64,000 nucleotides of DNA from a virus (lineage: Duplodnaviria > Caudoviricetes). Shown piece by piece: positions 44,815-54,084 of this stretch. The stretch spans positions 9,169 through 73,168 of the IMG/VR virus record IMGVR_UViG_2882284595_000003; one strand, written 5' to 3'. Both the position numbers and the translations under genes were made by a program. Within the stretch, counting starts at the first letter, position 1; each line of letters starts with the position of its first letter. A model generated the notes under the pieces. It was given only the letters and a program-made list of their open reading frames with translations. It made no database searches and was not told where the DNA came from.

Positions 44815-45057
44815 ATGCAACTACGTACCCCAGCCCAGGCTCGCAAGGAGCTTCAGGACAAAGGGATTTCTATTACCCAATGGGCCATCGCCAACAAGTT
44901 CTCGCCCAACCTGGTTTTTGAAGTCTTGGGCGGCCGCAAGAAGTGCGTGCGCGGCCAAGCTCATGAGATCGCAGTCAAGTTGGGCATCAAGGCTGGTGAA
45001 ATCTGCACCGACCCGGCCAATGCCTTGGCTCAGTCCCGTCGCCGCGTCGCAGCGTGA
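44815..45057 (+). CDS. Ner/Cro-like DNA-binding protein (BcepMu gp16-like)
   Basis: RTP.QA...L...GISITQWA...VL.GRKKC.RGQAH.IAVKLGIK; AGGAG RBS. Confidence 0.88.
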   Translation: MQLRTPAQARKELQDKGISITQWAIANKFSPNLVFEVLGGRKKCVRGQAHEIAVKLGIKAGEICTDPANALAQSRRRVAA

Positions 45058-45305
45058 GGCCCGCCATGACTAAGTCACTACTTACTGATTCACACGAACC
45101 CGGCGCCATCCAAACCAGCATCGACGCGCTGTTTCTGCCTGAATCCCTGACCTCGCTACGCGCTCAGTCGGCTTTACGGCAGAGGCTAGAGCTAACTGCC
45201 GCGCAACACGAAGAGGCGGAACGCCTGTCTCCGTACCTGGGCATCAGCGTGCAGCAGGTTTACCGCAGACTGCGCTCCGGCGAGCTGTCCTTAACCTCCA
45301 AGTAA
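45054..45305 (+). CDS. hypothetical early protein
   Basis: Overlaps the upstream stop; C-terminal HTH-like YLGISVQQVYRRL. Confidence 0.5.
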   Translation: MRPAMTKSLLTDSHEPGAIQTSIDALFLPESLTSLRAQSALRQRLELTAAQHEEAERLSPYLGISVQQVYRRLRSGELSLTSK

Positions 45306-45532
45306 CGGCCACTGATCATGTCTGCCCACGCATCCACTTCACTCATTACCGCAGCGATCTCGTCAGGGTCCGCAACGCTGGCCTTGGGCGCGGAGATGAA
45401 TTGTTCCAGCTTATCGACCAGCGAGCGCGGGTCCAATTGGCCCGCCCGGATGGCGGCATCCAGCAGCGCCTCAATCATCAGGTTCTGCGCGGTGATTTGC
45501 GCTTGCAGCCGGGTTTCCAGGTCCATCGTCAT
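45260..45532 (-). CDS. hypothetical protein, antisense within the early region
   Basis: AAGGAAG RBS; plausible helical 90-aa protein. Confidence 0.6.
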   Translation of the reverse strand: MTMDLETRLQAQITAQNLMIEALLDAAIRAGQLDPRSLVDKLEQFISAPKASVADPDEIAAVMSEVDAWADMISGRYLEVKDSSPERSLR

Positions 45533-45643
45533 GGTTTGCTTCCTTTCGTGGATTATCCGCTGTTCATGCTATGCGGCGCAAACCCGTTGCACCAGTTGCA
45601 AAACGCCATTTTGTTTGGAATGTCGGCCCTGGAGGGCATTCCA

Positions 45644-46117
45644 ATGAGCCGCCGAAACTGGAAGCGCCTGCAGCCCAGCTCGCTGCGCCACGCGCTGGAG
45701 CTGTGCAAGGACTACGCCAAGGAAAAGCACAACCTGTCGGTGGAGCGGATCGCCGAACGGATGGGCCTGGCCGACCACTGGACGCTTTACAAGTGGATTC
45801 AAAACGGCCGCATGCCGATCTGCCTGGTTCGCGCCTATGAGGCCGTATGCGGCATCAACTACGCCACCCGCTGGCTGGCTGCCAGCGGCGGCTACCTGCT
45901 GATCGACATGCCCACCGGCCGCAATGCCTCGGCCGAGGACATCCAAGTACTTCAGCAGACCCTGAATGATGCGGTCGGCCTGCTGTTGCAGTTTCATGCC
46001 GGCAAAGGCCAGGAGGCCGACACGCTGGCCGCGCTGCAGCAGGGACTGGAGGGCTTGGCCTGGCACCACCGCAACGTCAAACGGCACCTGCAGCCGGAAC
46101 TGGAGCTGAACCCATGA
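45644..46117 (+). CDS. conserved early phage regulatory protein
   Basis: GGAGG RBS; RRNWK...SLRHALELCKDYA...TLYKW...GRMP. Confidence 0.75.
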   Translation: MSRRNWKRLQPSSLRHALELCKDYAKEKHNLSVERIAERMGLADHWTLYKWIQNGRMPICLVRAYEAVCGINYATRWLAASGGYLLIDMPTGRNASAEDIQVLQQTLNDAVGLLLQFHAGKGQEADTLAALQQGLEGLAWHHRNVKRHLQPELELNP

Positions 46118-46416
46118 GCGCGCAAACCAATAAAAGCTCCGAGAAGGTGCTGGACGTGCTGACGGTGCTGCTAAGCCATTTTGCCCACGGCCTGACACCG
46201 GGTGAGCTGGCCAAGGCCACCGACCTGTCGCCGTCCAGCATCACCCGCTACGTGGCCACGCTGGAAGAAGCGGGCTTCGCGGAACGCATCCCCGAAACCG
46301 GTCGCATCCGTCCCTCGGTCCGGCTGGCCCAGCACGCGGTGGCGATCCTGCGCAGCCTGGAAGCCGCCCGCAGCCGGCTGGATGAACTAACCACCAGCAT
46401 CACGCTTGAACGATAA
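46114..46416 (+). CDS. IclR-like winged-helix protein
   Basis: KVLDVL..L..H..HGLT..ELA......S.ITR...TL...G.AE....TGR. Confidence 0.8.
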   Translation: MSAQTNKSSEKVLDVLTVLLSHFAHGLTPGELAKATDLSPSSITRYVATLEEAGFAERIPETGRIRPSVRLAQHAVAILRSLEAARSRLDELTTSITLER

Positions 46417-46430
46417 GAGGAGTTCCCCGC

Positions 46431-47423
46431 ATGGCACGCACCAAAACCACAGAAACCCCCGCAATCGCCCCAGCCGTTGAGCTGCGCCAGGACGTAGTGG
46501 ACGCCGCGAACGTGATGGCCATCGCTCAAGCGAGCTATGGCGAAGAGCGCGACCTCGTCAATCAGCTGCTTGGCCAGGCTCAAATGGCCGAGGCATTTGG
46601 CAAGTTTTCCCAAACGGTTTGGAGTTCCAAACTGGCCTACGTCAAGGAAAACAAGCTGTACCGGGCATTGGCAGGCAAGAAAAGTCCAAACGGTTTGGAG
46701 TTGCAAGGCACATGGCAAGAGTTCTGCGGCCTGCTTGGCGTTTCGGATGAAAAGGCGAATCAGGACATCGCCAACCTTCGAACCTTCGGCGAGGAAGCCC
46801 TGGAAAGTATGTCCCGCATGGGCATCGGCTACCGGGAGCTGCGCCAGTTCCGAAAGTTGCCGGAAGACCAAAAAACTGCGCTGATCGAAGTGGCCAAGGC
46901 CGGCGATAAGGAGTCGTTCGTGGAGCTGGCCGAGGAGATCATTGCCAAGCACACCAAGGAAAAAGAGGCGCTGGCGCAGCGTGTGGAAGAGGCCGAGGCG
47001 AACCTGGAGGCGCGGTCGCGAGTGCTGCAGGACAAGAGCAGCAAGATAGACCAGCTGACCGAGGAAGTGGCCAAACTCTCCAACCCCTTGAAGACGCTCC
47101 CCTGGGACAAGCGCGTGGCGCCGTTCCAGCAGGAAATCACCCAGCGGCAATCGGTGCTGGATGCCGCCATCGCCAAGCACCTGGAAGCGGTGCAGGCGCT
47201 GGATGCCTGGCTGACCTCTGAAATCACCCAGGCCCCCGACTATGACCCGGAAATGCCGGCGCCGCTGCCGCCTGAGGTGCGCGCGGTGCTGCTGCACCTG
47301 GACGACGCCGTTACCCGCACCGCCATGCTGGCGGCAGAGCTGCGCGACGAGCTGGGCCGCCGCTTCGCCGCGGACATTGAGGACGCCCGCCGGAATGTCC
47401 TGACCGAAGGCAGCGAGGCGTAA
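46431..47423 (+). CDS. DUF3102-like protein preceding transposase
   Basis: GAGGAG RBS; TWQEFC..LG.S...FGEEALESM.RMGIGYRELRQ plus coiled coil. Confidence 0.7.
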   Translation: MARTKTTETPAIAPAVELRQDVVDAANVMAIAQASYGEERDLVNQLLGQAQMAEAFGKFSQTVWSSKLAYVKENKLYRALAGKKSPNGLELQGTWQEFCGLLGVSDEKANQDIANLRTFGEEALESMSRMGIGYRELRQFRKLPEDQKTALIEVAKAGDKESFVELAEEIIAKHTKEKEALAQRVEEAEANLEARSRVLQDKSSKIDQLTEEVAKLSNPLKTLPWDKRVAPFQQEITQRQSVLDAAIAKHLEAVQALDAWLTSEITQAPDYDPEMPAPLPPEVRAVLLHLDDAVTRTAMLAAELRDELGRRFAADIEDARRNVLTEGSEA

Positions 47424-47434
47424 GGGAGACGGCC

Positions 47435-49222
47435 ATGTCCATGACACCGGAAATACGCGAGGTATTGCGCGGCCTGGCAGGCAAGCTGGACGCGGCGCGG
47501 CACGGCGAGCAAACCGCGCTGGTGCAAGAGGCGGCGGTATTCCTGGGCTGGTCGCCGCAGACGGTTTACCGCCAGTTAAAGCAGGCTGTGGGCTGGCAGT
47601 CCGGCCGCAAGCCGCGCGCTGACAAAGGCAGCACCGTGGTGGCAGAGGACGCCCTGGTGATGCTGGGCGCGGTGCAGCGCGAGGCCATCCGCGACAACGG
47701 CAAGCAGACGCTGTTCACCACCACCGCGCGCGGGATGCTGGAGCAGAACGGCATTGAGCTGAAAGTGAGCAACAGCCAACTGAACCGCCTGATCCGCGAC
47801 CGCAAGCTGAACGTGGCCGCCCAGCGCTGCGCGGACCCGGTGCAGGCGCTGCGCGCGCCACATCCCAACCACACCCACGAAATCGACCCGTCGCTGTGCC
47901 TGGTGTACTACCTGAAGGGGCGTCAGCACATCATGCGGGACCGCGATTTCTACAAGAACAAGCTGGAAAACTTCGCCAAGGTGAAGTTCAAGGTGTGGCG
48001 CTATGTGCTGTACGACAAGGCCAGCGGCGTGATCGTGCCCTGGTACTGCGAATCGGCCGGCGAGAACCAGCACAAGTTGTTCGAGTTCCTGATGTTCGCC
48101 TGGGGCGAGCAGCCGGGCCGGCTGTTCCAGGGTCTGCCGCGCTTCCTGTTGTGGGACAAGGGCAGCGCCAACACCTCGGCCGCCATCAAGAACCTGTGCC
48201 GTGCCCTGGGCGTGGAGACGCTGGAACACCAGGCCGGCCAAGCCCGCGTCAAGGGCGGCGTGGAAGGCGCCAACAACATCGTCGAAACCCAGTTCGAGAG
48301 CCGGCTGCGCTTTGAGCCGGTGGAAAGCATCGAGCAGCTGAACCGGGCCGCCTTCGCCTGGAGCCGGGCCTGGAATGCCAACCTGATTCCCGGCCAGGAC
48401 AGCCGGCTGCGTCGCACCGGCTTGGCCGACGCCATTGCGCGCATCGACCTGTGGCAGTTGATCCAGCCGCAACAGCTGCTGTTGCTGCCCCCGGTGGAGG
48501 TGTGCAAAGCGTTCATGACGGCCAAGGAGGAGACCCGCAAGGTTCGCCCTGACCTGACCATTTCGTTCAAGCATCCGCAGGCCGAACGCACCGCAGCCTA
48601 CAGCCTGCGCGGCTTGGACGGGGTCAACGTGGGCGACGAGGTGCGCGTCAACGCCATGGTGTTCGGCGACTGCGCCATTCAGGTAACGGTGTCGGTCTAC
48701 AACGGCGCCGACCGCGTCTACCAGGTGGAGCCGGAGCGCGGTTACGACGCCTATGGCCAGCTGCTGTCGGCCCCGGTGATCGGCGAAGCGTACCAGTCGA
48801 TGCCGCAGACTGCGATAGAGCATGCCGCCAGCGCCATGGATGGCCAGGCCTACCCAGGCATGAGCGCCGAGGAGGTCAAGGCCGCGCGAGCCAAGAAGGC
48901 GACACCGTTCGACGGCGCGCTGAACACCCACAGCTATCTGCAGGACATCGAGTTGCCGGCCTATCTGCCGCGCCGCGGCACCGAGCACGCGCTGGCCGCG
49001 CCGGCTATCGAATACCCGCCGCTAACCCTGATTGAAGCCGCCAAGCAGCTAAAGCAGCGCGTCACCGCGGCCGGCGGCGAATGGACGCAAGACCGTTTCC
49101 AATGGCTGGCCCAGCGCTATACGGCCGGCGTACCCGAAGACCAGCTCGCCGCCATTGTGGCCGAGCTGACCAGCCCGGCAGCGGGCACCAAGACGCCGCT
49201 TCGCGTGGTGAAGTCGGCATAG
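47435..49222 (+). CDS. DDE transposase (MuA analogue, B3-type)
   Basis: RKPRADKG, HPNH.HEID.S, LLWDKGSAN, RVKGGVEGANNIVE. Confidence 0.92.
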   Translation: MSMTPEIREVLRGLAGKLDAARHGEQTALVQEAAVFLGWSPQTVYRQLKQAVGWQSGRKPRADKGSTVVAEDALVMLGAVQREAIRDNGKQTLFTTTARGMLEQNGIELKVSNSQLNRLIRDRKLNVAAQRCADPVQALRAPHPNHTHEIDPSLCLVYYLKGRQHIMRDRDFYKNKLENFAKVKFKVWRYVLYDKASGVIVPWYCESAGENQHKLFEFLMFAWGEQPGRLFQGLPRFLLWDKGSANTSAAIKNLCRALGVETLEHQAGQARVKGGVEGANNIVETQFESRLRFEPVESIEQLNRAAFAWSRAWNANLIPGQDSRLRRTGLADAIARIDLWQLIQPQQLLLLPPVEVCKAFMTAKEETRKVRPDLTISFKHPQAERTAAYSLRGLDGVNVGDEVRVNAMVFGDCAIQVTVSVYNGADRVYQVEPERGYDAYGQLLSAPVIGEAYQSMPQTAIEHAASAMDGQAYPGMSAEEVKAARAKKATPFDGALNTHSYLQDIELPAYLPRRGTEHALAAPAIEYPPLTLIEAAKQLKQRVTAAGGEWTQDRFQWLAQRYTAGVPEDQLAAIVAELTSPAAGTKTPLRVVKSA

Positions 49223-49233
49223 AGGAGCAAGTC

Positions 49234-50430
49234 ATGTTGAAGCTGAAGAGCGTGCTGCAAAAGGTGGGCCGTAAGCAGGCTGACCTGGCTGAGCACTTGA
49301 ATGTCTCCCAGGCCACCGTGGCCCAGATCGTCAATCACGGCGAGTGGCCCAAGAGCCTGGATGAAGTTGACCTGCAGAAGAGCATCCGCCGCTATCTGCA
49401 GGCGCATGGCGCCAGCGATGGGGACATCGAAGGCGTATTTGAAGAGGTGAGCGAGCCGCGCGCCAACGCGGCCCGCTCGGTCTCCCAGACGAAAACCGAC
49501 CAGGAATCCAACCAGGAGGAAACCATGTTACTACGCAAACAGACTTTGCTGCCCGCCACTCGCAAACATTTCAGCCTGTTCCGCGACCCGTTTGCAGATG
49601 ACGCCATTCAGTCCAACGAGGACATGTTCATCAGCCCGGACATCCGCTACGTGCGGGAAGCCATGTTGCAGACGGCCAAGCACGGCGGCCTGCTGGCGGT
49701 GGTGGCGGAGTCCGGCGCCGGCAAGACCACGCTGCTGCGCGATCTGGAGGACCGCATTCAGCGCGAGGCCCAGCCGATCCAGATCATCAAGCCCTACGTG
49801 TTGGCGATGGAGGACAACGACAAGCAAGGCAAAACGCTCAAGTCGACACACCTCGCCGAGGCCATCATGGCCGCCGTGGCCCCGCTGGAGAAGCCCAAGA
49901 GCAGCCCCGAGGCCCGCTTTGCCCAACTGCACAAGGCCCTGCGCGGAAGCCATGCCGCAGGGTACCGCCACTGCCTGGTGATTGATGAGGCGCATTCCCT
50001 ACCCATCGCGACTCTCAAGCATTTGAAGCGCTTCTTCGAGCTGGAGCAGGGTTTCAAGAAGCTGCTGTCCATCATCTTGATTGGCCAGCCGGAACTGAAG
50101 CTGAAACTGTCCGAGCGCGACGCGGCAGTGCGCGAGGTGGTGCAGCGCTGCGAGATGGTGGAGCTGGCGCCGCTGGAAGGCGCACGCCTGGAGGAGTACC
50201 TGAAGTTCAAGCTGGAGCGGCTGAACAAGCCGGTGGCGGAAGTGATCGACGAAGGCGGCATCAACGCGCTACGCGCCAGGCTGACCATCAACACCAAGCG
50301 GCTGGACCGGCCGGAATCCGTATCCCTGTTGTACCCGCTGGCTATCGGCAATTTGCTGACCGCGTGCATGAACCTGGCCGCCGAGATCGGCGCCCCGTTG
50401 GTGACTGCCGACGTAGTGCGGGAGGTGTGA
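49234..50430 (+). CDS. transposition ATPase (MuB analogue, HTH plus ExeA-like AAA)
   Basis: N-terminal HTH, Walker A ESGAGKT, Walker B LVIDEAH, IILIGQPEL; GAGGAG RBS. Confidence 0.92.
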   Translation: MLKLKSVLQKVGRKQADLAEHLNVSQATVAQIVNHGEWPKSLDEVDLQKSIRRYLQAHGASDGDIEGVFEEVSEPRANAARSVSQTKTDQESNQEETMLLRKQTLLPATRKHFSLFRDPFADDAIQSNEDMFISPDIRYVREAMLQTAKHGGLLAVVAESGAGKTTLLRDLEDRIQREAQPIQIIKPYVLAMEDNDKQGKTLKSTHLAEAIMAAVAPLEKPKSSPEARFAQLHKALRGSHAAGYRHCLVIDEAHSLPIATLKHLKRFFELEQGFKKLLSIILIGQPELKLKLSERDAAVREVVQRCEMVELAPLEGARLEEYLKFKLERLNKPVAEVIDEGGINALRARLTINTKRLDRPESVSLLYPLAIGNLLTACMNLAAEIGAPLVTADVVREV

Positions 50431-50431
50431 G

Positions 50432-50737
50432 ATGCAAACCGCCCCGATTCAGGCCAGGCGCCCGCCGTTCAATGCCCAGATGATGGCCGGCGCGCTGAAG
50501 GTTGCCTCTGCCATAGAGGCGCTGACCCAGAACAATTTCACGGTGGTGTCGGTGGAGCTGAACACCCCGACCCGGCCGACCATCAATATCCAGACCTGCG
50601 GCAACTGCCGCCGGATGATTGAAAACGGCGAGGCCGTGTACTTCAGCTTTGGCCGGGATACCTACTTTGGCCCGTACCGCCAGGGGCAGTTTGAGCTGGG
50701 CGGATGCCGGATTGTTTGGACGGAGATGGGGAACTGA
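50432..50737 (+). CDS. hypothetical early protein
   Basis: GGAGG RBS; ends GCRIVW.E as in small Mu-like early proteins. Confidence 0.75.
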   Translation: MQTAPIQARRPPFNAQMMAGALKVASAIEALTQNNFTVVSVELNTPTRPTINIQTCGNCRRMIENGEAVYFSFGRDTYFGPYRQGQFELGGCRIVWTEMGN

Positions 50738-50767
50738 CCCCGTTACTCAAAATTCAAGGAGCCAGTC

Positions 50768-51100
50768 ATGAACCTGAATCGCGAAGTGGCCTCGTTGCAA
50801 CGCATCGCGCAATACACCTCTGCAAACATCACCCGCGCCTCGGCAGCCGGCCGCAGCTTCATCGAAATCACCCGCGCCAGCCCGGCCGCTCTGGAGCTGG
50901 TGGCGGATATCTACTCGGTGCGGTTCGAGCGCGAGGAGCGGATCGATACCAGCGTGCCGTTTGATACGGCGGCATGGGAGCAGGAAATGCTGGTGATGTC
51001 CGCCCCGGCCAATCGCCCGGCGTGGCGCCAGCTGTACCGAATGGCGCGGCAGATGATCAACGGCAAGCGCCAGCTGTTGCAGGCCGAGGCTGCATGCTGA
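50768..51100 (+). CDS. hypothetical early protein
   Basis: AAGGAG RBS; operon packing. Confidence 0.7.
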   Translation: MNLNREVASLQRIAQYTSANITRASAAGRSFIEITRASPAALELVADIYSVRFEREERIDTSVPFDTAAWEQEMLVMSAPANRPAWRQLYRMARQMINGKRQLLQAEAAC

Positions 51101-51468
51101 AGCCAGCCGCGCCCGAGCTGGACGCTGCTACCAAGCAGCGTCTGGCCGAGGAGGTGGAGCGACTGGTGGCGATGGGCACCGACCGCAAGCAGGCCAGGCA
51201 GATCGTCTGGCTGGACTACCAGGACGAGCTGCAGCAGTGCCAGGTGGCTGCCCAGGCGGAAGTATCCGCCCCGGCCGAGATGGAGACAGAGGGGCCGGCC
51301 GCTCACGCGGAGGAGATGCCCGGCCCCGAACCGCCGCCGCCGACATTGTCGCCCAGACGATTTTGGCGGGCTGCGGACGAGGTGCCGCTGACGCCGGAAT
51401 GGCTGGAAAGAAACCGGGCCGAGTTGGCCAAGGTGAAACGATTGGTAGGACTGAGGAGTGAGGAATGA
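51094..51468 (+). CDS. hypothetical early protein
   Basis: GAGG RBS, ATG 51094; overlaps both neighbours. Confidence 0.6.
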   Translation: MLKPAAPELDAATKQRLAEEVERLVAMGTDRKQARQIVWLDYQDELQQCQVAAQAEVSAPAEMETEGPAAHAEEMPGPEPPPPTLSPRRFWRAADEVPLTPEWLERNRAELAKVKRLVGLRSEE

Positions 51469-52076
51469 ACGCTATCCCCGAAGGGTACAAGCAGGACGGC
51501 AAGGGCCGGCTGGTGCCGATCAGCATCATCAAGCCGATAGACATCGCCCGCGACGAGTTTGTCGCCGAGGCGCTGCAGAAAGCCGTGGCCATGCAAGACC
51601 AACTGGCCCAATTCAAGGCTGGCTTGTTCGCCGACATTGAGGCGTTTGTCAGCCTGTCGGCCGAACGCTACCAGGCCGATGTCGGCGGGCAAAAGGGCAA
51701 TGTCACCCTGACCAGCTTTGACGGCAATACTCGCGTACTGCGGGCCATCGCCGACACGCTGACATTTGATGAAGGCCTGCAGGCGGCCAAGGCGCTGATT
51801 GATGAATGCGTCCACGAATGGACCGAGGACGCACGGCCGGAGGTGAAGGCGCTGATTGCCGACGCCTTTCAGACCGACAAGGCCGGCAACATCTCGACTG
51901 GCCGAGTGCTGGGCTTGCGACGGCTCGACATCCAGGACGAGAAGTGGCAGCGCGCGATGCGGGCGCTATCCGAATCGGTTCGGGTGCAGTGCTCCAAGGC
52001 CTATGTCCGCATCGAACGGCGCAGCGAAGGCACTGGCAAGTTCGAAGCGGTACGGCTGGATTTGGCGGGGGTGTGA
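51465..52076 (+). CDS. DUF3164-family protein
   Basis: IPEGY..D.KGRLVP...IKPID..RD...GG.KGNVTL.SFDG...LQAAKALIDEC. Confidence 0.88.
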   Translation: MNAIPEGYKQDGKGRLVPISIIKPIDIARDEFVAEALQKAVAMQDQLAQFKAGLFADIEAFVSLSAERYQADVGGQKGNVTLTSFDGNTRVLRAIADTLTFDEGLQAAKALIDECVHEWTEDARPEVKALIADAFQTDKAGNISTGRVLGLRRLDIQDEKWQRAMRALSESVRVQCSKAYVRIERRSEGTGKFEAVRLDLAGV

Positions 52077-52077
52077 G

Positions 52078-52338
52078 ATGCAGACAGATGATCAAGAGTT
52101 CATTGGTTTTGTGGAGCAATTGCAGGAATGGCATGCGGGCCAAGTCGCTCAGCTGCGGCTCATTACCGAGAACCGCACAGTAGACCTCAGGCTGAACGAT
52201 TTGGAAGTCTCGGCTGGTAGTGACATAGCCAAGGGGCTTCGTCTAGGCATTGAGATCGCTCTGCAGAAGCTGGGAACGCTGCCATTTACCGTCAGAGAAG
52301 AAGAGATCGAGGAGGATTCGGATGGGCAAGCTGATTAA
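52078..52338 (+). CDS. hypothetical early protein
   Basis: MQTDDQEF...WH..QV.QL...LPF; packed in operon. Confidence 0.65.
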   Translation: MQTDDQEFIGFVEQLQEWHAGQVAQLRLITENRTVDLRLNDLEVSAGSDIAKGLRLGIEIALQKLGTLPFTVREEEIEEDSDGQAD

Positions 52339-52543
52339 CCCGTTTGAGTGGGACAAAACCACGCTGCGAGATGTGTTTGAAGAAGCTGAAGCCACGGTTA
52401 ACAACCAGTTCGACATCGTGGAAATGGAGCTGGCAGATGGTCGTTCAGTCGTGATGGCCCTTATCGCAGGAACGAGTGCGCAGCCAATCGCCCAGATATT
52501 GCGGGAGGCCAAAGAGACCGCAAGCGATGTGCGAGCGGATTAA
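52322..52543 (+). CDS. hypothetical early protein
   Basis: GAGGAGG RBS before ATG 52322. Confidence 0.6.
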   Translation: MGKLINPFEWDKTTLRDVFEEAEATVNNQFDIVEMELADGRSVVMALIAGTSAQPIAQILREAKETASDVRAD

Positions 52544-52589
52544 ACACTACGCCGCTTTGACAATTTCTTTTACCCGCAAGGAGCAAACC

Positions 52590-52862
52590 ATGACCAAGCA
52601 AGACCTGATCAAACACCTGGCCGCCCACGCGGATGTCACCAACAAGCAAGCCGAATCCGTTCTCAATGCGCTAACCACCGCGGTGCTGGATACCGTGAGG
52701 GCGGGTGGCGAGCTGACGATCTCTGACCTCGGCAAGTTTGGTACCACCCAGCGCGCAGCTAAGACCGGCCGCAATCCAAAAACCGGCGAAGCCATCCAGA
52801 TCGCCGCCAAGCGCGCGCCCAAGTTCTCCCCGGCCAAGGCGCTGAAGGACGCCGCCGCATAA
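52590..52862 (+). CDS. HU-family DNA-binding protein (phage-encoded)
   Basis: MTKQDLI...G.F...RAA.TGRNPKTGEAIQIAAK..PKF.P.KALKDA. Confidence 0.95.
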   Translation: MTKQDLIKHLAAHADVTNKQAESVLNALTTAVLDTVRAGGELTISDLGKFGTTQRAAKTGRNPKTGEAIQIAAKRAPKFSPAKALKDAAA

Positions 52863-52936
52863 AGCGAAACCGCGCACATAGAAATATGTGTGCGGTCTGC
52901 CCGGCGTGGTTGCCGGGTACTGATGAGCAGCCAACG

Positions 52937-53539
52937 ATGAACGCAAAGACTCAAGACCGACAGCGATTGATCCGCCTGATCCACGTAGCCAAGCGTGATC
53001 TGGCCCTGGATGACGACAGCTACCGAGCCATTCTCCAGCGGATTGGAAAGAAGGCATCCGCGGCTGACCTGGCCGTTCCAGAGCTAAACCAGGTGTTGGA
53101 ATACCTGAAGCGCAGCGGATTCAAGGTGCGTTCCAAAGCGCAGCCCGCCACTCAGTCGCGTCCGCTGGCTCAGGACGAGCAGCACAAGAAGATACGCGCG
53201 CTGTGGTTGTTTCTGCATCAGATCGGCGTGGTCAAGAACCCCGCCGAGAGCGCGCTGGCCGCGTATGTAAAGCGGATTACCGGGCGCGATGCTATGCAGT
53301 GGCTGGCCGGAGATCAACTGGAGCAGGTGATCGAATCATTGAAGAAGTGGGCGATGCGTTCGCTGCCCGATTTGGTACAGAAGCTGGCGGCCGAGGTGCA
53401 ACACCTTCCGCTGACAGCTACGCAGCGCAACGAGCTAAACCAGCGGATGGCTACGGCCATGGCGCGCAAGACGTTCGAGCCAATGTTGAGCGCCTGGGAA
53501 GGTCTGACCGCCACCCTCAAGGCGAAGGAGAAAGCATGA
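52937..53539 (+). CDS. gemA: GemA/gp16-family regulatory protein
   Basis: LIRLIHVAKR.L.LDDD.YR...KIRALW...AL.AYVKR...VIESLKKW. Confidence 0.9.
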   Translation: MNAKTQDRQRLIRLIHVAKRDLALDDDSYRAILQRIGKKASAADLAVPELNQVLEYLKRSGFKVRSKAQPATQSRPLAQDEQHKKIRALWLFLHQIGVVKNPAESALAAYVKRITGRDAMQWLAGDQLEQVIESLKKWAMRSLPDLVQKLAAEVQHLPLTATQRNELNQRMATAMARKTFEPMLSAWEGLTATLKAKEKA

Positions 53540-53889
53540 AGCCCATCCATACCCGCAGCAAAGGCCCGGAGCTGCTGTCCGATCTGGCCGACCACATCGC
53601 CGAGGCTCTGCAGGAGCTGGCCAGCATTGAACGGGAAATCGGTGAGCAACTGGGCAGCGAGATCGCCAATCGAATGGCGGCGCACTGGGGCGGACAGAAC
53701 ATCTACTTTCCGATGGGGCTGTCGGTCAGGTTGTCGAAGCGGGACCGGAAGATATTCGAGGAGTTCACCGGAGACAACCACGGCGACCTGGCACGCAAAT
53801 ACGGTGTCAGCCTGCAGTGGATTTACAAGATCGTGAAGGCCGTCCGGCGCGAGGAAATAGAGAGCCGCCAGGGCGACATGTTCGGCTGA
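53536..53889 (+). CDS. mor: Mor/C-family transcription activator
   Basis: PELL.DL...WGGQNIYFP...RDRKI..EF.G.N...LA.KYGVS.QWIYKI; AAGGAG RBS. Confidence 0.93.
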   Translation: MKPIHTRSKGPELLSDLADHIAEALQELASIEREIGEQLGSEIANRMAAHWGGQNIYFPMGLSVRLSKRDRKIFEEFTGDNHGDLARKYGVSLQWIYKIVKAVRREEIESRQGDMFG

Positions 53890-54029
53890 AAGTGGTGGGC
53901 CGACCGGCTCACCACCCTTTGCAATACGTGAAATAGATTTCCAAACTGCCATCCATCATCTTCCCGTATCATCCCAGCTGGTCCCGATTATCACGTTACT
54001 ATCTGGTGGGTTTATCCCTCACCCCTTCA

Positions 54030-54035
54030 GTCGGC
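54030..54035 (+). repeat. 6-bp target-site duplication, right copy (GTCGGC)
   Basis: Immediately follows ...CCCCTTCA. Confidence 0.9.
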
Positions 54036-54084
54036 GCAATGCCTGGCGTCCACCCCCTGCCGTCAGTCGCGCGGGGTCGCTCGG

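Larger units (their letters stand above)
14768..54029. mobile_element. complete transposable (Mu/B3/BcepMu-like) prophage, 39,262 bp, contractile tail
   Basis: TGAAG...CTTCA termini, 6-bp duplication, transposase plus AAA ATPase, GemA, Mor, DUF935 portal; early genes rightward and late genes leftward from a central repressor. Confidence 0.95.
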
